Of a stretch of DNA of 64,000 nucleotides, positions 52,624 to 64,000 are shown one piece after another. Position 1 is the first letter of the stretch; each line of letters opens with the position of its first letter. The notes under the pieces are model-generated. The model saw only the letters and a list, made by a program, of their open reading frames with translations, was not told where the DNA came from and did no database searches. Both the position numbers and the translations under genes were made by a program. Source of the stretch: Eledone cirrhosa (lineage: Eukaryota). Location of the stretch: the NCBI GenBank assembly GCA_964016885.1, contig OZ024742.1, positions 362,824,001 through 362,888,000 of the forward strand, read 5' to 3'.

Positions 52624-54532
52624 GTGGTGTCGTAGGAGAGTTTTATGGTGTTTTTGTTGATTATGTTGTGGTAGGGGTGTTGTAGTGGGAAGTGTTTTTC
52701 GAGGAGTCTAAAGAAGTTTTTCTCGATAGGTGTTGCCACCTCGGCAACCTGCTCTACATCCACCGCTCTACCCATCCTAGCAACATCATCAATAACCTGG
52801 TTAAAAATATCTCCCTCCGCATATCTCGTTTGTCTGCTAATGAGCAGATATTCGACGAACATGCGGCTCATTACAACCAGGCCCTCGAGTGGAGTGGCTT
52901 CCGGGAGGAAATATCCTTTTATCCAGCTTCCCTTAGCGGATCCATCAGGCGACACCGCCGCTGACGCAACGTAACGTGGTTCAATCCTCCCAATAATGCG
53001 GAGGTGGCAACACCTATCGGGAAAATCTTCTTTAGACTCCTCGAAAAACACTTCCCACTACAAAACCGCTACCACAACATAATCAACAAAAACACCATCA
53101 AACTCTCCTACAGCACCACACCTAACTTCACACCAGACATCGTCTCCTCAAACAACAAAAAACTCAACCCCTATGGAAGAAATAAGCTAGACATCAGTCG
53201 AGTGCCGACCAGGAGGTGTAACTGCCCTGCTAGATCTAAGTGCCCCCTTAACAACAAATGCCGAGAACGTAACGTGATCTACCAGTGCAACGTGAAGACG
53301 GACACCTCCAACAAAGCTTATATAGGATTAACCGCGTGTGATTTTAAGACCTGGCTCTACCAACACCGACTTACTTTCCGAAACCCAGTCCGGCGACATG
53401 CCACTACACTTTCGGGCTACATCTGGGACCTCCAAGATAATAATATAACCTACAATCTCACTTGGAGCTTACTGTCCAAAGCTAACTCTTACACGGGAGG
53501 ACGCCGTCCGTGTAACTTATGCTCGGCTGAAACATTACAAATGCTGTTTTCGAAGGACCAACTCCTAAACAAGAAAGAGGAACTGGTAACCGCATGCAAA
53601 CACCGATTTCGTAGGACTTACCTCGCCCTCAAACCCCATAACGACCCGGTGGGTAGACAAGGGCTGATACCCCCTACTTGCCGAATAAGTTAGGGGAAAC
53701 CCCAGCTTACTTAGGTAGATGTATCTCTTTTCTTTTCTTTTCTTCTTTGTCTTTTTCTTCCCCCTGTCTCATCCTATTACTTCCTTCCACCCCCTATTTT
53801 CTTCCTCGTCTGCTTTTCCCCTTCGCCTACCCCGATGCAGCCCATCGGGCCTCTGTAGCATCAGTTCCCCCACCCCTGTAATTTTAAGATAGAATTGGCC
53901 GGATACGTTTTACTAACTACTTATAGCAGACGTGTTAAACCCCTTTAATTCTGTATCAGTTCTGGTACTACTCAATTTCTACAAGTTTTTTCTATTCTCA
54001 ACTTATTAACCTGTAATTGTAAGATAGCATTGTGATTTTCTTTATTAATTTCTCACTATCTAATTTTATATATTTTTTTATTTATTTCTATTATTTTTTA
54101 TTGTCTCCTACTCTCATTCAATTTACCTATTCTATAACCTCCCTCCTCCACTTCATTCACTATCCTTAGAATCTGCTGTATACATATCACTTTCAATGCT
54201 TGACCGCCCTACTCACTACCCTATTGTTCTACAGGCAAGTTTAGCCACCCCTACCTCCCACCAAATGCCATGATAGACTTATTTGTGTTTACAACAAATT
54301 TTAACCAATCCTCTTGACAACTACAATCTTCCCATATAAGGAGGTACCCCCTTGAAAAGTTCGGCTATTTATTCACCAGGCTAAAAATTCTAATTTAGTC
54401 CAGAAATAGCCGTCGAAACGGCTTGAGCTCTGCCGTCGAGGTCATACTTTTTCCTATTTCCCATTTACTACCCTAAGTATTGAGTACTCTGGTGCGTTAT
54501 GGTCAACCCGGTTCCTTACCACAATTCCTTTG
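52624..54532 (+). mobile_element. PLE 3' part with 5' internal inversion and complete 3' terminus ending in (TA)n
   Basis: ORF pieces 52746-52964 and 53004-53693 are closely similar to the 44853 ORF. 52624-52746 is the reverse complement of 52997-53119. HHR at 54347-54442. Confidence 0.9.
54347..54442 (+). ncRNA. Type I HHR, U3-A8 core variant
   Basis: CCCC-UUGAAAA-GUUCGGCUAUUU...AAAUAGCCGUC-GAAACGGC-uugagcucu-GCCGUC-GAGG. Confidence 0.7.
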
Positions 54533-54607
<75 letters not shown>

Positions 54608-54610
<3 letters not shown>

Positions 54611-55058
54611 CGTGCTGGATGCTTAAAGCGTCCGTTTGCTGTAGGCCGTTTGAGAACTCGATGCTCTCAAGAGCAGAGTATAATATCACAGAAAAAAGAG
54701 AACCAGTGTTGCGACGAATGAAATTAATTGGATATATTACAATCGTTTCTCTGGCGACCAGCTCGAGGCACGATCGATGTGATGATCGAACCTGACACTG
54801 AAAATCGCAAGGTCCTCAGATACGTCTTGATTCTACGCAGCAGATTTTCCTTAGGAAAATCTACTTCGTAGAATCAAGATTTTCCTTAGGAAAATCTGCT
54901 TCGAAGAATGAAGACGTATCTGAGGAACTTGCGAATTTCAGAGTCAGGTTCGATCATCACATCGGTCGTGCCTCGAGCTGGTCGCCAGAGAAACGATTTT
55001 AATACGTCCAATAAATTCCATTCGTCGCAACACTGTTTCTCCTTTTTTCTGTAATATA
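54608..55058. mobile_element. Fold-back element with an HHR motif in each arm (54731-54826 minus; 54913-55008 plus)
   Basis: GACGUAU-CUGAGGA...GAAACGAUUUUA-AUACGUC. Arms about 54680-54850 and 54887-55058; extra left tail; (TA)n flanks. Confidence 0.75.
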
Positions 55059-55186
55059 TATATATATACATATATATATGACTGATTTTTTTTAGTTTCA
55101 GAAGATCCCATTAAGGGTGAAAGCAGCAGTTCTTTGCTTAAACTTTAATCAGTTATTTTAATATATATATATATATATATAATAAT

Positions 55187-55260
55187 GCTGTGATATATAT
55201 TTCAATGACGACACTGGCCACACTGTTCTGTGTGCGAGTGTCGTGACATCATCAGACAGC
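55187..55260 (-). ncRNA. Type I hammerhead ribozyme
   Basis: GCUGU-CUGAUGA-UGUCACGACACU...AGUGUCGUCAUU-GAAAU-AUAU-AUC-ACAGC. Confidence 0.8.
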
Positions 55261-56476
55261 TGGTTACATAATAAGTTTATGTTTCCGAGGCAATCCAAAT
55301 TGAATCGACATGGGAACGGATGAAATGTGTGCTTTTGGATTCTTCATCCGTTCCCCTGTGAGTACCAATTCACCCCCACCGGTCTGCGCAGGCGCATGTC
55401 CGATGGAAGTTGACCATTAGCTACTGCAGATTTCAACAAAATTCGCTTAGTGAGGTCACCCTCTCAGCCAAACAATGGCCCACCTAGGCCTGTACCATAG
55501 TTTACTGCTACCAATCCCGACTGTGGCAGTCAGCCGAAAGCCAGAGGGGATGGGAGAGTGTTAGTTTTTACAGGTCACAATACTACCTCTCACCAAGCGT
55601 GGACAGTACGACTGACCATCAACTCATAAGAGAAAATAAACTTAATTATAGGTATCATGGTTTTACATTGGAAGTTAAGAGTGAGATTTGGAAATAAAAA
55701 TTAAAATCCCAAATCAAATATCAGAAATTATAAATTAAACAATTAAAAAATTAACAATTAGAAATTAAAAAAATGTTTCAAGTGAGAATCCGGATTGAGG
55801 TGAGTAAAAAAATAAGTGAGTAAATAATATGGAGAGAGATGTTTAAGTAAGAAGTTCTGAGAGGGGTTCTAATGTCACAGTTACTCTATCCACATATTGA
55901 ACGACAGCGCCGTACATTAGAACGGAGGGTAAACTATAGTATTCAAGGCAGCAGTCAATCTGGTACACAGTCATAATTTCCATCACATGGAACAAAACCA
56001 AAGAAAAACAGACATAAAGTACACAAAAGAAAAGAACCAATAATGAATAAATGCAAAAACACAGATTACATATATGCAAAATGATCCATATGATTGTCAA
56101 TCTGTCAATGTATAAATTGTTTTGAGGGGGCTTCTGTTCAAATGCGATTTGGTGCAGGAAAATAGGGATTTATCTTAGTTTTTGTTTCCGCGTATTTATC
56201 CTGCCGAAAGTTATTATTATGTCCGTCCAGTGTCATGGGTTTCCATCCCCATGGTAGAGGGAATTTCCAGGGGTAGCTCATGGTTGGTTCCTCTCTTCTC
56301 CACCATATCGGTTACATCATAGAGCGCTCAACTAATTGGGGCTAAATTATTAGGGTAAACATTGATGCAATTCAATTCAAGCACTCAACGTACTTTTTCC
56401 ACATAGGAGTGACGGAGTAAACATCGAATAAGGAAAAGCGAAGTAGTTTCAGATGTTCAAGTCCTTTAATAATAAT

Positions 56477-56550
56477 GCTGTGATATATATTTCAATGACG
56501 ACACTGGCCACACTGTTCTGTGTGCGAGTGTCGTGACATCATCAGACAGC
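56477..56550 (-). ncRNA. Type I hammerhead ribozyme
   Basis: Identical by eye to 55187-55260. Confidence 0.8.
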
Positions 56551-56608
56551 TTGTTACATAATAAGGTTATGTTTCCGAGGCAATCCAAATTGAATCGACA
56601 TGTAACAA

Positions 56609-56682
56609 GCTGTCTGATGATGTCACGACACTCGCACACAGAACAGTGTGGCCAGTGTCGTCATTGAAATATATATCACACC
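56609..56682 (+). ncRNA. Type I hammerhead ribozyme (one stem I mismatch)
   Basis: Inverted copy of 56477-56550. Confidence 0.75.
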
Positions 56683-56805
56683 ATTATTATTAAAGGACTT
56701 GAACATCTGAAACTACTTCGCTTTTCCTTATTCGATATTTACTCCGTCACTCCTATGTGGAAAAACTACGTTGAGTGCTTGAATTGAATTGCATCAATAT
56801 TAACC

Positions 56806-56867
<62 letters not shown>

Positions 56868-56868
<1 letters not shown>

Positions 56869-56992
56869 ATTATACTTTGGGAGGGTCATGTTGCCAATAA
56901 GAAACACACGCACCAGTAGGCAACATGACCCTCCCAAAGTATAACAATATCGGTTTCAACACACGATTTCAGATAAAGAATCTTGCTAAACA
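56868..56992. mobile_element. Mini fold-back of the 10088-11258 PLE terminus
   Basis: 26-bp perfect inverted repeat TTATACTTTGGGAGGGTCATGTTGCC, plus a tail similar to the reverse complement of 10088-10135. Confidence 0.65.
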
Positions 56993-57006
56993 AATTCAGA
57001 AACGAA

Positions 57007-57339
<333 letters not shown>

Positions 57340-57443
57340 TATACATATACATATATGAGTGATCGACTTTCGCCTAATCAGACCGAGGAAACAATTTTGC
57401 ACTGGTCTTTCCAATTGCTAATACTATCTATCGGTCGCAACTG

Positions 57444-57487
<44 letters not shown>

Positions 57488-57500
57488 TTAGGTTATGCAA

Positions 57501-57562
<62 letters not shown>

Positions 57563-57907
57563 CAAAAATAGTCACCAGAGTTAACAAATATAAAGGAAGC
57601 GAAGCAGAATAATAAAGAAAAAAAAAGAGACACACAAAAAGATAACAGAAGAGCGTAGGCAGAATATGAGAATACCGTAATATCCATATATGAGAATATC
57701 AGTGTATGATTATTTCAGTATAACAGTCTATATTTTCTCTAACATCAAAGGAAGATATTTGATCAATATTTTTACTTTAATGTTCCTTTTACTCTACATA
57801 TAGCTAAAGGTAGACTGTACTTATTTTATTGATAAATAATATCGATGTATTCGATAATATTGGTGATCACAATAATCATTGTCGCCATCATTATTATTGC
57901 CTGATCG

Positions 57908-58092
57908 TGGATTGGCAGTATCGGTAGAGGGTCGGACGCCATGCTTTCCACCATAGTTACGTCCCTTTACGGTCTGAGTACAAATCCCGCCAAGGTTAAC
58001 TTTGCCTTTCATCCTTACGGAGTCGATAAAATAAAGTACCAGTAATGTACTGAGTATTTGATGGCCTTGTGCCAAAAGTTGAAACAATTATT
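57908..58092 (+). mobile_element. SINE with ATTATTATTGCCTGATCGT TSD
   Basis: Family core; direct repeat at both ends. Confidence 0.85.
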
Positions 58093-58163
58093 ATTGCCTG
58101 ATCGTATGTCATCTTTTTACATGATTATTATGATAATTTAACTCACTACATGTGTCTATATCA

Positions 58164-58195
<32 letters not shown>

Positions 58196-58289
58196 GAAAT
58201 TATTAAACCATTTACTACAACGGCACCATACCAGGTACGTACGTTTCGTTAGCCCCAGGGATCAACTTGTTCAACCTGTGCTGATGTTT

Positions 58290-59230
58290 ACCCAAACAGG
58301 AAAATATATAAAAATAGTGAAAGAGAGACGATGCCTCAAACTAGAGCAATATAATCTGGATGGTCTGGGGACCTTTTGACCAATTGTGACCTTTTTCTCC
58401 TATCTCAGGACATACATAACTATTGAATTTATATCGCACTTGCAGACGTCTTTGAAACGAAGATTTTGTCGCTCTCGTGATTTTGTGCTGGCCAGTTTCC
58501 CGCACTGTATACAAGGTACATACGCTAGCCAATACAATGCCGTTGTTGGAGCAGGGAGAATATTCTGCGCGCCTTGTCACGGTGGGGAGCTTCGGTGTCA
58601 GTAAATCAAGCGTTCCATTTGAAGGTGGAAAGTGGTGTGACGCCGCTTCACTCTGAATGGCTCCATGTCTCAGTGCCGTAACATAGTGTGTGGATTTCGG
58701 CGTGTGGATTACACGCGTGTGGAGTACACACGTCCTACTAACAGTCTTCTTGGTGTTCGTTGTCAGTTTTTTGCTCCCTTAGATGCTCTTCAACAGCCTG
58801 GCGTGTGTGAAACTTGCACCAAATTCAATAAAGGTCCATCCTTGACTGTACTTTGTTTCCATACTATACCTATGTATGTGTGGACACGCAACTCCTGATG
58901 GAATTGTAAGGGTGCCGTTTGGGGTAATTAAAACCTGGTTTATCCCAGTCCCTCTCCGGGTCATAACAGGGTGAATACTTACAGAGAATGATGAGGAAGA
59001 CGTGAAAATTCGATATATTGCAAGAATCGACCCCAGTGCAAAACTGCTACATTTTCTATCGCCCTTAATATAATGAAAGTTAAAGTTAATACAGGCGCGA
59101 TTTAAACTCGGAGAATACAAGGAGTTGAAAAGTGTAATGCAAAGCCTTCTGCCTGACATTCTAACAACTCTGATAATTTGCCATACTCAGGCCACTGTAT
59201 TGCATTTTTTTATAAGGCCACGGTTTATCT
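58290..59230 (-). mobile_element. Highly decayed RTE-like LINE
   Basis: Manual translation gives LCYGTETW (about 58660-58685) and GKLAS..LRFKDVCK (about 58430-58505). Boundaries approximate. Confidence 0.55.
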
Positions 59231-59735
59231 TCTTAATCATTTTAATCTACAAAAGTAGACTGAAATGAACGTAGAAATGTTGGTGGCACAACACAAACTT
59301 CTGGCGTAAATATCATCATTCTTGTTCTTACTTTTGTTGTTACTATTTATGCCCATATATATTCTGGAAAATGATAACATATATCAACCTGTAACATCTG
59401 ACAGAGTTGTACAGGCATCGTCGTGACATAGAGCGTGTCTTGGGTAATTTAAAGTTGGCTAGAGAACCAATCAACTCCGTTACTGGACTGACACTTTTTT
59501 ATCGACCTCGATATATTGAAAGGTTAAAGTTGACTTCGTTGGAATTTAAAACCAGAGAACATAAAATAACTGAAACTATTACCACAAAATATTCTCACGT
59601 TGCAACGACTTTGTTAATTCGCTATCTTAAATATATATCTCTATAGTAAAATAGGTTCCGACAATGACCATGTGTTAATTTTTACATACTTGAGACTGCA
59701 TTGGACAATTTACCCATCATTATTGAAGAACCTGG

Positions 59736-59895
59736 TAGAGGGTCGGACGCCATGCTTTGCAGCAAAGAGGTACGGCCCTTTATGATCTGAGTTCAGGTTA
59801 ACTTTGCCTTTCATGTTTACGGGGTCGATAAAATAAAGTACCAGTAATACACTGGGATAATTGCTGGCCTTGTGTCAAAAGTAGAAACAATTATT
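59736..59895 (+). mobile_element. SINE, short variant, with ATTATTGAAGA(A/C)CCTGG TSD
   Basis: Family core; direct repeat at both ends. Confidence 0.8.
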
Positions 59896-59940
59896 GAAGA
59901 CCCTGGGATTTGATAGGAGGTTATTTGGATAACTACATAG

Positions 59941-60161
59941 AATAATGGTTCCTTATATAGGCACAAGGCCAGCAATTTTGGGGAGGGGAAAATCGATTAA
60001 ATCGACCCTAGTGCGTGACTGGTACTTTATTTTATCGACCCCGTAAGGATGAAAGGCAAAGTTAACCTTGGCGGGATTTTAACTCAAATCATAAAGGGCC
60101 GTAACTCTATGCTGCAAATCATGGCGTCCAGCCCTCTACTGATACTGCCAATCCACCGCCC
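59941..60161 (-). mobile_element. Full-length SINE with 16-bp TSD ACTACATAGAATAATG
   Basis: TSD at 59932-59947 and 60164-60179. Confidence 0.9.
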
Positions 60162-60296
60162 TGACTACATAGAATAATGATTCTTAAATTGCTTTAAGTT
60201 ACGGTTCATATTAGAAACAGTAAAAATATGCTGATTTGTATGGATCTTGGTACCACAAGCCATCCCTCATTTTTAACAGAGTTGACAGATATCGCA

Positions 60297-60832
60297 AAGT
60301 GTTTCGCAAATCTTGCTAAACTTTTCTTCTTTGCCACTTTAACAATTAGAACTTTCATAGAAATATTGGTTTATATTTTTCACATCTTAAAACTTAGATT
60401 TCGCGGCACATCTAGCTAAATCTCACGGCTCATCTAGCTACACCTCGCGTTACAGCTAGCTAAATCTTGCGGCACACCTAATTAAATCACGCGGCACATC
60501 TAGCCACATCTCGCAGCACATCTAGCTACATCTTCCGGGTCATCTAGCAAGATCCGCGCTACATCTAACCACATCTCGCGGTACATCTAACCACATCTCG
60601 CGGTACATCTAGCTACATCTCGCGGCGTATCTAGCTACATCTCGCGGCACATCTAGCAACATCTCGCGGTACATCTAGCAACATCTCGTGGTACATCTAG
60701 CTAAATCTCGCTACATCTCGCGGCTCATAAAGCTATCTCTCGCGGCACATCTAGCTACATCTCGCGGTACATCTAGCAACACCTCGCGGCTCATCAAGCT
60801 ATCGCTCGCGGCGCTCGGTTTGGGAGTCACTG
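60297..60832. mobile_element. Probable hAT-type non-autonomous element with an internal 22-bp tandem array
   Basis: Right end GGTTTGGGAGTCACTG, degenerate left end AAGTGTTTCGCAAA. No clear TSD. Confidence 0.45.
60402..60812. repeat. 22-bp CpG-rich minisatellite, about 18 copies
   Basis: Unit CACATCTAGCTACATCTCGCGG. Confidence 0.92.
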
Positions 60833-61853
60833 ACACTAAAACTGCCCTGTTGACTCGTAAATTCTGCTTATTGTTATTGAATAGACTAGTTCAGAGCATG
60901 AATAATGTGGTAAAAAGCACTCTACCCGTGGTCATTCCATCATATGCTCAGACATACTATGTCTGAACACGTACATATTGGTTGTACGTTGTCTGGGATT
61001 GATATTTTTTGCTTGCATTCTTTATTAATGTTTTTTCTTTCTCTCTCTCTCTTCTATCACTCTCTAGATTCTGCCTCTCTCCTTCTCTCCCCTCTTTCGC
61101 TCTTTTGATTGCTCCTTCTCTTTCCTTTGAAAGCCGTTGATAAGATCTATTTCATCTGAAATATAAGAACATTTATATATATATGAAAGTAACAATTCTG
61201 TATATATCTTTCTATAATTATTGTTGTGTAATTTTCCAACTGCATAGTCGAAGCCTTACAACAAACACTGCTTACAAATAATTCTATATGTTTGCCTATT
61301 TTGATATTGTTCAAATGAATAAATAATAATTCTATCATTGCGTGTTAATTCCCATCAAACATTTTTTCCGTTTTAGTAGGTAGAATATCCAAGATTATAT
61401 AGAATGTTGAAACGTGTCATTGTAATTATAGCAGGAATTTCTAATGCTATTAGTAATGTAAATTAATGAAAAAGCTTTAACTTAGCTCATTGTGAAAGTA
61501 TGAAATACTCTAGAGCACTGGACAGAATCCTTTATATAAATCAATGCATATTTCTAAAAGAAAAAACTATTTTCCTTTTAAATCAAACTCACATATTTAT
61601 ATTTCTTTTCATAACTTCTAGAACAATCTAGAAAATTAAACCGAATACATATTTCAAAGCAATTCATTTATTCTTTTACCGGTTTCTATTAGGTCTCGTC
61701 CATGCTGGGGCACTCTCGTGATAAAGTCGATCATATCGATTTCAGTATATATTTTTCACGTCTGGCAATTTCATCGACTTATAATTTTGACCCAGCCGCT
61801 GTTATAGGATATAAGCACAGAAACACACACACACACACAAACGCGCACGCAAG

Positions 61854-61936
<83 letters not shown>

Positions 61937-61949
61937 CCATATACAGTGT

Positions 61950-62690
61950 ATATATAGTTTTGGTGACAAATACAGTGAAGGAGGCAGAGGATTTGATGCG
62001 GGAGGTTGAGACTGTGTCGATGAGTGTGGGGCTGAGAATGAATGAGACTAAAACAAAATATCTGGTAGCGAATGTTGAGAAGCCAGAGGGGATCACTAAT
62101 GTAGGCGGGAAGCCGCTAGAATTGGTTGAGGACTTTCTGTATTTGGGAGCAAAGATTGGGAATACGGAAGATGATGTGGTTGAGAGGAAGAGCAAAGCCT
62201 GGGCGGCGTGCCACAGCTTGAGATCGGTGTGGAAGTCGGAACTTCGTAAAGACCAGAAAATCCGCCTCTTCATTGCTGTATTGGAATCTGTGCTGCTATA
62301 CAGGTCTGAGACATGGACACTGACCAAAAACTCACTCAGATGGTGGATGGGTGCTACACGAGAATGTTGAGGATGGCTCTGAACATTAATCAGTATACAC
62401 TGAGGATGAAACACTCAGAGTTGTATGGGAGCCTCCCAAATGTCAGCTCAAAAGTGACACAGAGGAGATTGAGGTTAGCTGGACATGCTCACCGATACCC
62501 AGAGTTGACATTGCACTCAGTGCTCATGTGGGAGCCCCTACATGGACACACTGGAAGAGGAAGACCAAGGTTAACGCATGTTGATGTCCTAAGGACAGAC
62601 ACTGGTCTGTTGGAGACATGGAAGCGATAATGAGGGACCGAGACCGCTGGAGAGAACACGTCCATGGATCTCAGGAATTTCCCCCGCCCT
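61950..62690 (+). mobile_element. 5'-truncated RTE-like LINE
   Basis: GLRMNETKTK, VEDFLYLG, SVLLYRSETW, RRLRLAGHAHR and GRGRP motifs, with one frameshift. Confidence 0.85.
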
Positions 62691-62707
62691 AGAAAAAATA
62701 AATAATA

Positions 62708-62759
<52 letters not shown>

Positions 62760-62766
<7 letters not shown>

Positions 62767-63115
62767 AAAAAGAGATGAAATCGAAAATGCAACTGAAGTC
62801 TTATTTTTTTAAAAAATATATATATTTATTTGGTTCCTTTACCGGTTTCGCAGTTCTTCTGCTTTACAAAAGGTGAGTTGAGATGGAGGGTCTGTGGTTT
62901 TTCTCACATGATGTGAGAAAAACCACAGACCCTCCATCTCAACTCACCTTTTGAAAAGCAGAAGAACTGCGAAACCGGTAAAGGAACCAAATAAATATAT
63001 ATATTTTAAAAAAAAATAAGACTTCAGTTGCATTTTCGATTTCATCTCTTTTTCTTTATACTTCCACTCGTGTAGGACACCTCTGTTATTTTTCATTTTG
63101 TAAAAAAAACCTCAC

Positions 63116-63122
<7 letters not shown>
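62760..63122. mobile_element. Fold-back pair of PLE-terminus-like repeats with U3-A8 HHRs (62836-62873 minus, core mutated; 62947-62984 plus)
   Basis: Near-perfect palindrome centred on 62910; the right arm has an extra tail; (TA)n flanks. Confidence 0.85.
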
Positions 63123-63148
<26 letters not shown>

Positions 63149-63157
<9 letters not shown>

Positions 63158-63795
63158 GTGAGGTTTTTTTTACAAATTGAAAAATAACCGAGGTGTCCGA
63201 CACGAGTGAAAGTATAAAGAAAAAGAGATGAAATCGAAAATGCAACTGGAGTCTTATTTTTTAAAAAAATATATATATTTATTTGGTTCCTTTACCGGTT
63301 TCGCAGTTCTTCTGCTTTTCAAAAGGTGACTTGAGATGGAGGGTCTGTGGTTTTTCTGACATCTGGTTGGTCTCTGAATGTTACTTATTTTATATGGAAA
63401 AAGTGGCTCGAAATACCAGGTTTTTCTAGAAGTAATTTGATTGGTTTGTCAATAATTATAATAAATTCAAACATTCATATATGATAAAACAACCTGTGAC
63501 AACCCCCCCTCTTATTTGAAGAACCATTGTCACGCGAACTGGCGCGAAATTTATTATAATTATTGACAAACCAATCAAATTATTTCTCGAAAAACCTGGC
63601 ATTTCGAGGCACTTTTTCCATATAAAACAAGTAACATTCAGAGACCAACCAGATGTGAGAAAAACCACAGACCCTCCATCTCAACTCACCTTTTGAAAAG
63701 CAGAAGAACTGCGAAACCGGTAAAGGAACCAAATAAATATATATATCTTTTAAAAAAATAAGACTCCAGTTGCATTTTCGATTTCATCTCTTTTT

Positions 63796-63800
<5 letters not shown>
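63149..63800. mobile_element. Fold-back pair of the same family with U3-A8 HHRs (63289-63326 minus; 63689-63726 plus)
   Basis: Arms 63149-63467 and 63548-63800 around an 80-bp loop; the left arm has an extra tail. Confidence 0.85.
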
Positions 63801-63858
<58 letters not shown>

Positions 63859-64000
63859 TAAAAGAATAGAGGTGTAACACACGAGTTATGATATATTGGT
63901 AAACGGAAAAGAAAATGCTGACAAATTGTTCCCAGTGAAAAATAGTTTAATTAGGAATAAGTAAAAATTAGTATTCAGTTTTGGTTTTAAGTTTTACCTG

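Larger units (their letters stand above)
55180..56810 (-). mobile_element. Non-coding retrozyme-like / non-autonomous PLE: two direct HHR repeats 1290 nt apart plus an inverted third copy
   Basis: Direct repeats 55180-55312 and 56470-56602; inverted arm 56600-56810; (TA)n at both ends. Confidence 0.8.

Noticed and set aside
52962-52964. In-frame TGA in a PLE ORF as possible selenocysteine
   Set aside because: It aligns with a Ser codon (TCA) in the 44853 copy, not a conserved Cys, so it is a simple nonsense mutation.
60402-60812. CRISPR-like regular repeat
   Set aside because: Contiguous tandem units without unique spacers, in a eukaryotic context.

Overview
AT-rich, microsatellite-saturated animal DNA; the repeat spectrum resembles octopod cephalopod genomes (inference, species not determinable). 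It contains one 200-N gap and no host protein-coding gene that I can support. Nearly all non-simple sequence is retroelement debris. This includes several Penelope-like elements (PLEs, RT plus C-terminal GIY-YIG), Tx1/L1-like, RTE-like and RLE (R4/Dong-like) LINE fragments, about 20 tRNA-derived SINE copies, a mariner remnant and a probable hAT MITE. The main signal, invisible in the ORF track, is about 25 intact or decayed type I hammerhead ribozyme (HHR) motifs from at least 10 sequence families. They lie in PLE terminal repeats and in short non-coding fold-back elements inserted in (TA)n. Two families carry a U3-A8 covariant core, and most have self-complementary stem III. Two non-coding families repeat as about 1290-nt and about 700-nt units, like retrozymes or non-autonomous PLEs. 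All structures were folded by eye, so coordinates may be off by a few bases and activity is untested.
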